DNA of 64,000 bases, from positions 1 to 64,000 of the forward strand of contig CAVXJS010000021.1 of assembly GCA_963762145.1 (NCBI GenBank). The letters run 5' to 3'. Each line of letters opens with the position of its first letter. Positions within the stretch are counted from its first letter, which is position 1. Below are positions 47,826 through 57,288 of this stretch, one piece after another. The notes under the pieces are model-generated. The model was not told the DNA's origin and searched no databases. It saw only the letters and a list, made by a program, of their open reading frames with translations. A program made the position numbers and the translations under genes. The DNA comes from an uncultured Candidatus Rokubacteria bacterium (lineage in GTDB: Bacteria > Methylomirabilota > Methylomirabilia > Rokubacteriales > CSP1-6).

Positions 47826-49013
47826 ATGATGCTGCGCATACTTCCGATGCTGCTGGCCCTGGTGCTGGCGATGCCGCTGGCCGCCAGCGCCCAGAAGCCG
47901 ATCAAGATCGGGTTCCCGATGATCCTGTCCGGGCCCGGGGCGCTGTTCGGCGAGCCCGCGTCCAAGGGCGCCCAGATGTACGTGGACGAGATCAACGCCA
48001 AGGGCGGCGTGCTCGGCCGGAAGCTCGAGCTGCTGCCGCGCGATACCAAGGGCAACGCGGACGAGGCGGTGCGCGTCTCCCGCGAGCTGATCCTGAAGGA
48101 GAACGTGGACTTCCTGGTGGGCACGCTGACCTCCGCGGAGGGGCCGGCGGTCTCGGTGGTGGCGAAGGAGAACAAGGTCGTCTTCATCGCGCCGATCCCG
48201 AAGACCGACCAGCTCACCGCCGCCGACAAGCTCCATCCCTACGTCTTCCGCGTGGCCGCCAACACCACGATGGAAGGGCGCAGCGCGGCGGAGATCGTGG
48301 CCAAGTGGTCGGTCACCAAGGTCGCCACCATCAGCCCGGACTACGCCTACGGCCAGGACGTCACCAAGTCCTTCGTGGAGCACCTGAAGAAGATCAAGCC
48401 CAGCGTGCAGATCGTGGATCAGCAGTGGCCGAAGCTGGGCGAGCCCGACTACACGCCGTTCATCAACGCGCAGATGGCCAAGAAGCCGGAGGCCGTCTTC
48501 TCGTCGCTGTGGGGCGGCCACTTCGTGAACTTCTCGAAGCAGGCCAAGCCGCTCGGGTACTTCGACGCGGTCAAGTACAACGTCATGGCCGTCGGGGAGG
48601 CGGGCTCGCCCGAATCGACCAAGGCCATGGGCAAGGACTATCCGGTGGGCATCTGGGGCAATTCGTACGATGCCTTCTACTGGGGCGAGTCGGCCGCGCA
48701 CCGGGAGTACACCGAGAGGCTCTCCAAGTACCTGAAGGACGAGTACCCGTCGTCCTGGGCCATCCAGGGCTACACCGGCGTCCAGTTCCTCGCCGAGGCC
48801 ATCAAGAAGGCGGGCAGCACCGACTCGGACAAGGTCTCGAAGGCGCTCCTGGGCCTCACCATCGACACCCCGATCGGCAAGCAGACGATTCGAGAGAAGG
48901 ATCACCAGGCCAATCGCGGCCAGCTCTATGGCAAGACCGTGATGGATCCCAAGTTCCCGTTCGCGATCATGAAGCCGGTGGAGTACGTCGACCCCACCAA
49001 GTTCATGGACTAG
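47826..49013 (+). CDS. Branched-chain amino acid-type ABC substrate-binding protein
   Basis: Signal peptide; IKIG, INAKGGVLGR, PDYAYG. Confidence 0.92.
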   Translation: MMLRILPMLLALVLAMPLAASAQKPIKIGFPMILSGPGALFGEPASKGAQMYVDEINAKGGVLGRKLELLPRDTKGNADEAVRVSRELILKENVDFLVGTLTSAEGPAVSVVAKENKVVFIAPIPKTDQLTAADKLHPYVFRVAANTTMEGRSAAEIVAKWSVTKVATISPDYAYGQDVTKSFVEHLKKIKPSVQIVDQQWPKLGEPDYTPFINAQMAKKPEAVFSSLWGGHFVNFSKQAKPLGYFDAVKYNVMAVGEAGSPESTKAMGKDYPVGIWGNSYDAFYWGESAAHREYTERLSKYLKDEYPSSWAIQGYTGVQFLAEAIKKAGSTDSDKVSKALLGLTIDTPIGKQTIREKDHQANRGQLYGKTVMDPKFPFAIMKPVEYVDPTKFMD

Positions 49014-49021
49014 GCCGGTCT

Positions 49022-49110
49022 CCCCTCACCCTGCCCTCTCCCCAGAGGGGAGAGGGTGCTCGATTTCCTCTCCCTCTCTCCCATCGAGGGGGAGAGGGCA
49101 GGGTGAGGGG
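49022..49110. repeat. REP/MITE-like palindromic element, copy 2
   Basis: 22-bp inverted repeat CCCCTCACCCTGCCCTCTCCCC (49022-49043) / GGGGAGAGGGCAGGGTGAGGGG (49089-49110); same arms as copy 1. Confidence 0.85.
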
Positions 49111-49121
49111 GCTTCCAAAGA

Positions 49122-50006
49122 ATGCCCGATCCGTCGTTCGTCTTCGCCCAGAGCCTGAGCGGCCTCACCGCCGCGATGTTCCTGTTCCTCATCGCCTCCG
49201 GGCTGTCCTTGATCTTCGGCGTCCTCCGCGTGCTGAACTTCGCTCACGGGACCTTCTACATGCTGGGCGCGTACTGTGCCTTCCAGCTCGTGCAGTGGAT
49301 CGGTACCGGCCCCGGCAGCTTCTGGCTGGCCGCGCTGGGCGCCGCCCTCGCGGTCGCGGCGCTGGGCGGCATCGTGGAGCGCTTCCTCTTCCAATACCTC
49401 TACGGCAAGGACGAGCTCTACCAGCTCCTCTTCACGTACGCCCTCGTCCTCATCCTGTCCGACGTGACCAAGATCTTCTGGGGCACCCAGCAAAAGTCGG
49501 TGAGCCGGCCGCCCGGGCTCACCGGCGCGTTCTCGCTCTTCGGGGCCACCATCCCCTACTACAACCTGTTCATCCTATTGCTGGGGCCGTTCATCGCCCT
49601 CGCCTTCTGGTTCGTGCTCCAGCGCACCCGCGTGGGGCGCTTCATCCGTGCCGCCGCGCTCGACCGGGAGACGCTGGGCGCCCTCGGGGTGAACGTCCGG
49701 GGGCTCTACACCGGCGTGTTCGTCCTCGCCTCGTTCCTCGGCGGGCTCGGCGGCGCCCTGGTCACCCCGGTGCGCACGATCGTGCCCGGCATGGACACCG
49801 AGATCATCGTGGAGGCGTTCATCGTGGTGGTGATCGGGGGGCTCGGCTCCTTCTGGGGCACGTTCCTCGGCTCGGTGATCTACGGCCAGGTGCTCTCCTT
49901 CGGCATCCTGTTCTTCCCCCGCTTCTCGATCTTCTCGGTGTTCGCCCTGATGGCCGCCGTCCTGATCATCCGCCCCTGGGGCCTGCTGGGCCGGCCCCTC
50001 AAGTAA
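49122..50006 (+). CDS. Branched-chain amino acid ABC permease (LivH-like)
   Basis: GLSLIFGVLRVLNFAHG, VIGGLGS, RPWGLLG. Confidence 0.93.
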   Translation: MPDPSFVFAQSLSGLTAAMFLFLIASGLSLIFGVLRVLNFAHGTFYMLGAYCAFQLVQWIGTGPGSFWLAALGAALAVAALGGIVERFLFQYLYGKDELYQLLFTYALVLILSDVTKIFWGTQQKSVSRPPGLTGAFSLFGATIPYYNLFILLLGPFIALAFWFVLQRTRVGRFIRAAALDRETLGALGVNVRGLYTGVFVLASFLGGLGGALVTPVRTIVPGMDTEIIVEAFIVVVIGGLGSFWGTFLGSVIYGQVLSFGILFFPRFSIFSVFALMAAVLIIRPWGLLGRPLK

Positions 50007-50007
50007 C

Positions 50008-50991
50008 ATGCGTCTCTCGCGAATCCCGTGGCCGCTGCTCGTGCTGATCGCCGCGTTCTTCGTGCCCGCCGCGGGCTCGCGCTTCTACACGTTCCTCGCC
50101 AACGACGTGGTCATCTGGGCGCTGTTCGCCACGAGCCTGAACCTGCTGGTGGGCTACACCGGGCTCGTCTCCTTCGGCCACGCGGCCTACTTCGGGATCG
50201 GGGCCTACACCACCGGCATCCTCATGAAGAAGGTGGGCGTGACCTTCCTGGTCGCGTTCCCGGCCGCCGGGCTCGTGGCCGGGCTCTTCGCCCTGGTCTT
50301 CGGCTTCTTCTGCGTGCGCCTCACCAGGATCTACTTCGCGATGCTCACCCTCGCCTTCGCCCAGATCGTGTGGGCCATCTGCTTCAAGTGGAACGAGGTG
50401 ACGGGCGGCGAGCAGGGCATGCCGGAGATCCCCTACCCGAGCTTCGACTGGGTGGAGTCGCTCGCAACCGTGCTGCCCTTCCTGGGCGGGTACCGCACGT
50501 CGGAGTACTTCTACTTCCTCACCCTCGTGCTCGTCGCGATCTGCTTCTGGGTCCTGCGCCGCGTGGTCGGCTCCCCGTTCGGGCGGATGCTCACCACGAT
50601 CCGCGAGAACCCGGAGCGCGCCGAGTTCATCGGGGTCAACGTCCGGCGCTACGAGCTCGCGGTGTTCGTGCTCGCGGGCGCCTTCGCCGGGCTCGCGGGA
50701 GGGCTCTTCGGTATCTTCAACCGCGGGGTGTTCGCCGACTTCGCGTACTGGACCAAGTCGTCCGAGGTCCTGATCATGACCCTGCTGGGCGGCATGGGCG
50801 CCTTCTACGGCCCCGCGCTCGGCGCGCTGGCCCTGCTCTGGCTGAACCAGCAGATCGTCTCGGTCACCGAGTACTGGCCACTGATCCTCGGCAGCATCCT
50901 GGTCATCCTGCTCTTCGTCTTCCCGGGCGGCCTCGCGGGGGCGCTCGAGATGCTCTGGAACCGCGTGGCCCGGAGGCCCAGCCGTGCTTGA
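50008..50991 (+). CDS. Branched-chain amino acid ABC permease (LivM-like)
   Basis: GYTGLVSFGHAAYFGIGAY, IRENPERA, FPGGLAG. Confidence 0.93.
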   Translation: MRLSRIPWPLLVLIAAFFVPAAGSRFYTFLANDVVIWALFATSLNLLVGYTGLVSFGHAAYFGIGAYTTGILMKKVGVTFLVAFPAAGLVAGLFALVFGFFCVRLTRIYFAMLTLAFAQIVWAICFKWNEVTGGEQGMPEIPYPSFDWVESLATVLPFLGGYRTSEYFYFLTLVLVAICFWVLRRVVGSPFGRMLTTIRENPERAEFIGVNVRRYELAVFVLAGAFAGLAGGLFGIFNRGVFADFAYWTKSSEVLIMTLLGGMGAFYGPALGALALLWLNQQIVSVTEYWPLILGSILVILLFVFPGGLAGALEMLWNRVARRPSRA

Positions 50992-51721
50992 CGTGCGCGA
51001 CGTCCGGAAGAGCTTCGACGGCTTCCAGGCGGTGGGCGGCGTGTCCTTCACGGTGCCGAAGGGCTCGATCAGCGCCATCATCGGACCGAACGGGGCGGGC
51101 AAGACCACGCTGTTCAACTTGATCACCGGGCACCTCGAGCCCGACGGCGGGCGCGTGGTCTTCAAGGAGCGCGACGTCACCGGGATCGCGCCGCACGATC
51201 TCTGCCGGCTCGGCATGGGCCGGTCGTTCCAGCGCACCAACATCTTCCCGCGCCTGACCGTGTACGAGAACGTCCAGGCCGCCTTCGTGTGCCACCGTGG
51301 GCGCGGCTGGAACCTGTTCACCCCGGTGGAGCGCCTCTACCGCCCGGAGACGGAGGCCCTCCTGGAAGCGGTCGGACTCCTCGACAAGGCCCAGGAGACG
51401 TCGGGCTTCCTCTCGCACGGCAACCAGAAGCAGCTCGAGCTCGGCATCACGCTGGCGCTGGAGCCGGAGATCCTCCTGCTCGACGAGCCCACCGCGGGAA
51501 TGTCCGCCACCGAGACGCGCGAATCCATCCGGCTGATCGAGCGCATCGCGGCCGACCGGGGGCTGACCCTGCTCTTCACCGAGCACGATATGGAGGTGGT
51601 GTTCTCCATCGCGCATCGGATCACGGTGCTCCACCAGGGCCGGGTGATCGCGGACGGCACGCCCGCGGAGGTGCGGAGCGACCCCGAGGTGCGGCGCGTC
51701 TACCTGGGGGAGAGCCGGTGA
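50984..51721 (+). CDS. ABC ATP-binding protein (LivG-like)
   Basis: GPNGAGKTT, LLDEPTAGM, VRRVYLG. Confidence 0.93.
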   Translation: MLDVRDVRKSFDGFQAVGGVSFTVPKGSISAIIGPNGAGKTTLFNLITGHLEPDGGRVVFKERDVTGIAPHDLCRLGMGRSFQRTNIFPRLTVYENVQAAFVCHRGRGWNLFTPVERLYRPETEALLEAVGLLDKAQETSGFLSHGNQKQLELGITLALEPEILLLDEPTAGMSATETRESIRLIERIAADRGLTLLFTEHDMEVVFSIAHRITVLHQGRVIADGTPAEVRSDPEVRRVYLGESR

Positions 51722-52434
51722 CGGCGGCGCCGGAGCGAGTGCTCGCGGTCGAGGACGTCTACACCGCCTACGGGCTGTCGCAGGTGCTCTTCGGCGTGTC
51801 GCTGCAGGTCGCCCGCGGCGAGTGCGTCTGCCTGCTCGGGCGTAATGGGGTCGGCAAGACCACCACCATGCGCAGCATCATCGGCCTCACCCCGCCGCGG
51901 CGCGGCCGCGTGGTGTGGAAGGGGCGCGACGTCACCGGCCGGGCGCCCTACCAGATCGCCCGCGCGGGTATCGGCTTCATCCCGGAGGACCGGCGCATCT
52001 TCGCGGACCTCACGGTCTGGGAGAATCTCGACGTGGCCAGCCGCGGCACCGCGTCGGGCGGCTGGACGGTGGAGCGGGTATTCGACCTCTTCCCCAAGCT
52101 GCGCGAGCTGGTGGACCGCCAGGGCGGCTTCCTCTCGGGGGGCGAGCAGCAGATGCTCACGATCGCCCGCACCCTGATGGGTAACCCGGAGCTGCTGCTT
52201 CTCGACGAGCCATCGGAGGGCCTGGCCCCGCTGGTGGTCGAGCACCTCAAGGAGCAGATCGCGCGGCTCAAGCGCGAGGGCCTCACCATCCTCCTCGCGG
52301 AGCAGAACGTGGGATTCTCGCTCGACCTCGCCGACCGGGTCTACGTGCTCGAGAAGGGCCACGTCCGCTTCGAGGGCACCGCGCGCGAATTCCGGAACAA
52401 CGACACGATCCGCCAGCAGTACCTGGCGCTGTAG
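51718..52434 (+). CDS. ABC ATP-binding protein (LivF-like)
   Basis: GRNGVGKTT, LSGGEQQM, DEPSEGLAP. Confidence 0.92.
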   Translation: MTAAPERVLAVEDVYTAYGLSQVLFGVSLQVARGECVCLLGRNGVGKTTTMRSIIGLTPPRRGRVVWKGRDVTGRAPYQIARAGIGFIPEDRRIFADLTVWENLDVASRGTASGGWTVERVFDLFPKLRELVDRQGGFLSGGEQQMLTIARTLMGNPELLLLDEPSEGLAPLVVEHLKEQIARLKREGLTILLAEQNVGFSLDLADRVYVLEKGHVRFEGTAREFRNNDTIRQQYLAL

Positions 52435-52435
52435 A

Positions 52436-52480
52436 TCGGAGGGGGCCCCTTCTGCAGTCCAGGAAGGGGCCCCCCTCCGA
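52436..52480. terminator. Strong hairpin between convergent genes (possible bidirectional terminator or small repeat)
   Basis: TCGGAGGGGGCCCCTTC...GAAGGGGCCCCCCTCCGA with a one-base bulge; no long U tract. Confidence 0.55.
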
Positions 52481-52533
52481 AGAACGAGTTGCGCCGGCGG
52501 AGCCGGCGCTCGAACGAGGCTGGGCGCGAGCTC

Positions 52534-52749
52534 TTAGCGGCGCACCTCGGTCTCCTGGTCCCGCATGAAGCGATCGTACTCCTCCTGCGCGCGCTCCTTC
52601 GAGTAGCCGTACCGCTGCTGGAGCAGGCCGACCATCTGCTCGGCCTTGCCCTCGGCGCGATCCAGCTCATCGTCGGTGATCTTCCCCCACTGCTCCTTCA
52701 CGCGCCCCTTCATCTCTTTCCACTTGCCGGCAAGGATGTCCTTGTTCAT
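52534..52749 (-). CDS. CsbD family stress protein
   Basis: MNKDILAGKWKEMKGRVKEQWGKITDDEL...LQQRYG. Confidence 0.93.
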   Translation of the reverse strand: MNKDILAGKWKEMKGRVKEQWGKITDDELDRAEGKAEQMVGLLQQRYGYSKERAQEEYDRFMRDQETEVRR

Positions 52750-52799
52750 TCGCGGCTCCTTTTTTGACCGATGTGGAATCGACTGCTACCCACGAAAGA

Positions 52800-52815
52800 C
52801 GCAAGGGCCGTGCCG
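52800..52815 (-). promoter_or_regulatory. Sigma54 promoter for the csbD-family gene
   Basis: Minus strand CGGCACGGCCCTTGCG = GGCAC-N5-TTGC. Confidence 0.65.
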
Positions 52816-52925
52816 CCGCCCGGACGGGGCTTCGCCCGTTCGGTCGCGGCTTTGTCGACGTGGGCGGGCTCCGGGACTTCCCCCGCGTAGCTCTTACGCG
52901 GTAGGAAGGCGTTGCCGCGGCGCGC

Positions 52926-54332
52926 TCAGATCAGGGCGCCCTGCCGTCGCAGCTCGGTCTGCACGTCACCCGGCGGCACATCGCGCACCGCCTTGCCCGC
53001 CCGCGCGGCCAGCGCCGCGCACACGCCCGCGCCCTGACCGGTCGCCATCGCGATCGGCATGACGCGATAGGAGGAGTGCGCCTCGTGGGTGCCCGAGATG
53101 CAGCGCCCCGCCACCGCGAGCCGGTCGAGGCCCTGCGGAAGGAGACAGCGGAGCGGGATGTCGTAGGATTCGCCGTCGGGCAGCCGCATCAGCACGGTGC
53201 CCTTCCCCTTCGGATTGTGGATGTCCAGCGGGTACGTTCCCCGCGCGATGACGTCGTCCGCCTTCCGCGCGCCCAGGATGTCCTCCGCGGTGAGCTGGTA
53301 CTCGCCGGTGATGCGGCGCGTCTCGCGCACTCCGATCGTCACCCCGCTCTGGGCCAGGTACGACCGCTCGAAGCCCGGCACGTACTTGCGCAGGAAGGCC
53401 GCGATCTGCTTCATCTGCCGGCGCGACTGCCACTCGGCCAGCGTGAGGTCCCACACGCTGGTGCCGAGGGCGCCGGTCACCCGGGTGCTGTTGACCGAGA
53501 GCTCTCGCTCGTGCGGCGTGCCGAAGAAGAGGATGTCCTCGCGCGCGAGCGCCAGCTCGCCGGCCGCGCTCGCTTCCCGGACGAGGTCCCAGAGCCCGTG
53601 CACGCCGCGCCACTGGTCGGGGTGCGCCTGCCGGTAGGCCGCGAACGCGTTCCGTTCGAACTCCACCATGCGGAACATCAGGGTCATGGGCTGCACGAGG
53701 CCGTCACCCGAGCGGCCGATCTCGAACGGGGCCCCGGCCAGGGCCGCCACGTCCCCGTCGCCGGTGGCATCCACGATGGCGCGGGCCATGACGACGATCG
53801 GCCCCGACTTCGTCTCGAACACCACGCCGTCGGGCCGGGGCGCGCCGATCACCCCGCTGGCGAAGGCGTAGAGGAGGACGCGCACCCGCGCCTCGTCCAG
53901 GAGATCCAGGGCCACGAGCTTGAAGATCTCGGGGTCGAAGGGCACCACGTAGCCGGTCTGGGGCGACGGCCTGAGGGAGCCGCCCGCGGCCTCCAGCCGA
54001 TCCAGCAGCCGCTTCAGCACGCCGTGGACGACGGGATCCCCCGGACCGTGATCGTGCGGCATCAGCTCCGAGGCGCTACCGGGCTCCGCCCGGCCGCGCT
54101 GGGTGTGGAAGGACATGAGCGGCATCACGAGCGCCGCGGTGGCATTGCCGCCCAGGAAGGCGTGGCGCTCCACCAGGATCACGTCCGCGCCGGCGTCGGC
54201 CGCGCCGATGGCCGCCCCGAGGCCGGCGGGCCCGCCGCCGACCACCAGGACGTCGCACTCCGCGGCGACCGTGGCGGCGCGCGGCGCCAGGGTGATGGTC
54301 GCCGGCTCTCGCGGCCGGACCAGCGGCGGCAT
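52926..54332 (-). CDS. FAD-dependent oxidoreductase (PF12831-like)
   Basis: VVGGGPAG, LGGNAT, DATGDGD, GVRETRRI, YDIPLRCLLP, AGRCISGTHEA. Confidence 0.9.
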   Translation of the reverse strand: MPPLVRPREPATITLAPRAATVAAECDVLVVGGGPAGLGAAIGAADAGADVILVERHAFLGGNATAALVMPLMSFHTQRGRAEPGSASELMPHDHGPGDPVVHGVLKRLLDRLEAAGGSLRPSPQTGYVVPFDPEIFKLVALDLLDEARVRVLLYAFASGVIGAPRPDGVVFETKSGPIVVMARAIVDATGDGDVAALAGAPFEIGRSGDGLVQPMTLMFRMVEFERNAFAAYRQAHPDQWRGVHGLWDLVREASAAGELALAREDILFFGTPHERELSVNSTRVTGALGTSVWDLTLAEWQSRRQMKQIAAFLRKYVPGFERSYLAQSGVTIGVRETRRITGEYQLTAEDILGARKADDVIARGTYPLDIHNPKGKGTVLMRLPDGESYDIPLRCLLPQGLDRLAVAGRCISGTHEAHSSYRVMPIAMATGQGAGVCAALAARAGKAVRDVPPGDVQTELRRQGALI

Positions 54333-54334
54333 GG

Positions 54335-55501
54335 CTAAGCCGGTCCGCCGACCGCCCCGGTGGCCCGGAGCTTCCTGCCCTCGGTCAGGAGCCGGAGCGC
54401 GATCTCGTTAGTGCGCCGCGCCCGGGCCTGGATTTCCGGCACCCCCTTCTCGAGCCGCGCCTGGAGGTTGCGCCGCAGGTCCCACCACCGGTCGATGTAC
54501 GCGATGAGCTGGCCCGCGTTGACCTGCTTGAGCGGGGGCATGGCGATCTCGAGATCCTCGAGGAAGCCGGCGACCTTGCTCGAGTAGGGCAGCGCCACGA
54601 ACGGGACCCGGTTGAGAGCCGCGAAGATCAGGAAGTGCAACCGCATGCCCACCGCGAAGTCGAAGTGGCTGATGAGCGAAAGGAGCTGGCCCGACGTGTA
54701 CTCGCCCTTCAGCACGGTGGCCTGGTGGGCGTGGGCCATCTTGGAGACGACCGCGTGGCAATGCTGGGTGTCCTTCTGGCGAGGCTCCATCGGGACGAAC
54801 ACCAGGTCGGCGTCGAGCCGGTCCACCATGTAGTCGGCCGCGTTGGCGAGCAGGGCATGGTAGTGGGCCTCATCGATGTCGGGCGCGGCCGAGCCCGGCT
54901 CGCGGACCGAGAGGCCGATCAGCCGCCGGTTCTGGTTCAGACCCTCTCGCTGGAGCGCCTCCGCCGGCAACGGCTCGGGCTCGAGCAGGAAGGCGGGATC
55001 GGCGGTCACCTCGATATCGCGCAGGCCGACTTCCTCGAGGAGCTGCTGGGCGCGCCGCTCGCGCACCGTCACCGCGTCCGCCCGGCTCAGGGTGTCGCGC
55101 ACCAGCGTGCGGGCCGCCGCGTCGTGGAGCGGGCCCGCGCTCACCGCGTAGACGAGCACCGGCACGCTGTGCTCCTGTGCGAGCTCGACCTCCCGGAGAT
55201 ACACCGCGGCGGCGTCGTCGTAGAGGATGCCGCCGCCGCCCAGGATGAAGAGATCGAGCTCGGCGACTTCCGGCCGGACCTCGTCGCGCGAGAGATCGCG
55301 CACCGGGATGCTCTTCTCGACCTTGTGCCGCGCCGCGGTGTCCTTGGCGTCGCGGGAGAACACGGTGATCTCGCAGGGCACCGCGGCGCGCAGCTGCGCC
55401 ACGATGGACTGGAGGATCGCCTCGTCGCCCAGGTTGAGCCCGCCGTACGATCCCGAGATGCCGATCCGGTACACGCGGTCCGCCGCCGCCTGGTTGGCCA
55501 T
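54335..55501 (-). CDS. Polysaccharide pyruvyl transferase family protein (CsaB-like)
   Basis: GSYGGLNLGDEAIL, LGGGGILYD, TVRE, TADPAF, GMRLHFLIFA. Confidence 0.9.
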   Translation of the reverse strand: MANQAAADRVYRIGISGSYGGLNLGDEAILQSIVAQLRAAVPCEITVFSRDAKDTAARHKVEKSIPVRDLSRDEVRPEVAELDLFILGGGGILYDDAAAVYLREVELAQEHSVPVLVYAVSAGPLHDAAARTLVRDTLSRADAVTVRERRAQQLLEEVGLRDIEVTADPAFLLEPEPLPAEALQREGLNQNRRLIGLSVREPGSAAPDIDEAHYHALLANAADYMVDRLDADLVFVPMEPRQKDTQHCHAVVSKMAHAHQATVLKGEYTSGQLLSLISHFDFAVGMRLHFLIFAALNRVPFVALPYSSKVAGFLEDLEIAMPPLKQVNAGQLIAYIDRWWDLRRNLQARLEKGVPEIQARARRTNEIALRLLTEGRKLRATGAVGGPA

Positions 55502-55513
55502 GGACCGGACAGG

Positions 55514-55529
55514 TTCAACTCCTGTGCCA
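55514..55529 (-). promoter_or_regulatory. Sigma54-like promoter for the pyruvyltransferase gene
   Basis: Minus strand TGGCACAGGAGTTGAA: perfect -24 box, -12 box TTGA instead of TTGC. Confidence 0.5.
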
Positions 55530-55660
55530 CCGAGAACCGCGTGACGGGCCCGGACTTAGCGAAGGAACGCGAAGGAACGATCGCGCCGGTCGGTCGGAAC
55601 TTCCCGGTCGTGCAGGAAGGAACTTCCCGACCTCCAGGGCGAAGTATGCGCCGTGACGCC

Positions 55661-55676
55661 GGGCATGCGCCTTGCT
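55661..55676 (+). promoter_or_regulatory. Sigma54 promoter for the DUF748 gene
   Basis: GGGCATGCGCCTTGCT = GG-N10-GC with TTGCT. Confidence 0.6.
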
Positions 55677-55689
55677 TTCTCTCGTCCAC

Positions 55690-57264
55690 ATGATCGCCAT
55701 GACCCGGCGTCGCTGGATCCTCGCGGCCGTTGCCCTCGTCGTCCTGGCCGGCGTCGCCTCCGTCACCGCGCTCTTCTTCATCGACGAGCCGCTGCGCCGC
55801 TACACGGAAGCGAAGATGAACGCGCGGCTGAAGGGCTACACCGCGACCATCGGCGCGCTCCATTTCAACCCGATCAACTTCTCGCTCGACCTGCGGGACA
55901 CCGTGATCGTCCAGCATGAGCATCCCGACCCGCCGGTGGCGAACATCGGCCGGCTCTACGCGAGCGTGCACTGGCGGGCCCTCCTGGCCGGCCGGGTGGT
56001 CGGCGACATCCTCATCGAGCGGCCGGTGATCGTCCTCGATCTCCCCCAGGCCAAGGAGGAGATCAACGACGCCACCCCGGTGAAGGACAAGGGGTGGCAG
56101 GACGCGCTGCAGGCGATCTATCCCCTCAAGATCAACCAGCTCAAGATCTCGCAGGGCGACGTCACCTACAAGGACCAGGGCCCCTTCAAGCCCTTGCGGG
56201 TCTACGATCTCGAGCTGGAGGCTTCCAATATCCGGAACGTCCACTCCGAAGTGGGGGTCTACCCCTCGCCGATGCGGCTCACCGCGCGGGTATTCGACAA
56301 CGGAGCCATCAGCGCCATCGGATGGGCGGACCTTCTCGCCGAGCCGCACGCCGCGTTCATGACCGACATCAAGCTCGAGAGCATCGAGCTCGACTACCTC
56401 AAGCCCATCACCAACCGTTACAACATGGCGGTGGACAAGGGAACGCTCTCCGCGTACGGCGAGCTCGAGCTCGCGCCCCAGTTCAAGTCGGTGAAGCTGT
56501 GGAACGCCACCGTGGATGGAGTCCGCGTGGACTATCTGCACACGCCGAAGATGGCGGGGGCGGGCAAGGAGGTTGCGCGCCAGACGATGAAGGCGGCCGA
56601 GCGGGCCCAGGACCCGGGCCTCATGTTCCGGGTGGACCGCCTCGACATCGTCAGGAGCAACTTCGGCTTCGTGAACAAGACGGCGAATCCCAGCTATCGC
56701 GTCTTCCTGAACGACACGTCGATGACGCTGACCAATCTGAGCAGCCTGCCCAGCGGCGAGACCTCCCAGGCCAAGCTGACCGGCAAGTTCATGGGCAACG
56801 GGCCGGTCAGCGCCGACTTCAAGCTGCAGCCGACCCGCCCGGGGCCCGACTTCGATCTGGCGATCGAGATCCTGGAGACGGATCTCAAGACGATGAACGA
56901 CCTGCTGCGCGCGCACGGCAACTTCGACGTCACGGCCGGACGCTTCTCGATGTACAGCGAGATCTCGGTCAAGAACCGGCAGATCGCCGGCTACGTGAAG
57001 CCGCTCTTCCAGGACATCACCGTCTACGACGCGCGGCAGGACCGCGACAAGAACGTGCTCCGGAAGGTCTACGAAGGCGTGGTGGGCGGCGTCGCCCGGG
57101 TGCTGCAGAACCGGCCCCGGGAAGAGGTCGCGACCCGCGTCGAGATCTCCGGCCGGCTCGAAAACCCGAACGCGGGCATCGTCGAGACCGTCGTCGGCCT
57201 CGTCCAGAACGCGTTCTTCAAGGCCATCCTGCCCGGATTCGAGGCCGGCCTGCGCCGTCGCTGA
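55690..57264 (+). CDS. DUF748 / AsmA-like membrane-anchored protein
   Basis: N-terminal TM anchor followed by a long beta-rich body; GYVKPLF, ATRVEISG, QNAFFKAILPGF. Start could be 55690 or 55699. Confidence 0.75.
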   Translation: MIAMTRRRWILAAVALVVLAGVASVTALFFIDEPLRRYTEAKMNARLKGYTATIGALHFNPINFSLDLRDTVIVQHEHPDPPVANIGRLYASVHWRALLAGRVVGDILIERPVIVLDLPQAKEEINDATPVKDKGWQDALQAIYPLKINQLKISQGDVTYKDQGPFKPLRVYDLELEASNIRNVHSEVGVYPSPMRLTARVFDNGAISAIGWADLLAEPHAAFMTDIKLESIELDYLKPITNRYNMAVDKGTLSAYGELELAPQFKSVKLWNATVDGVRVDYLHTPKMAGAGKEVARQTMKAAERAQDPGLMFRVDRLDIVRSNFGFVNKTANPSYRVFLNDTSMTLTNLSSLPSGETSQAKLTGKFMGNGPVSADFKLQPTRPGPDFDLAIEILETDLKTMNDLLRAHGNFDVTAGRFSMYSEISVKNRQIAGYVKPLFQDITVYDARQDRDKNVLRKVYEGVVGGVARVLQNRPREEVATRVEISGRLENPNAGIVETVVGLVQNAFFKAILPGFEAGLRRR

Positions 57265-57288
57265 AGGCTCTGTGGTAGTCTCGGGGCC

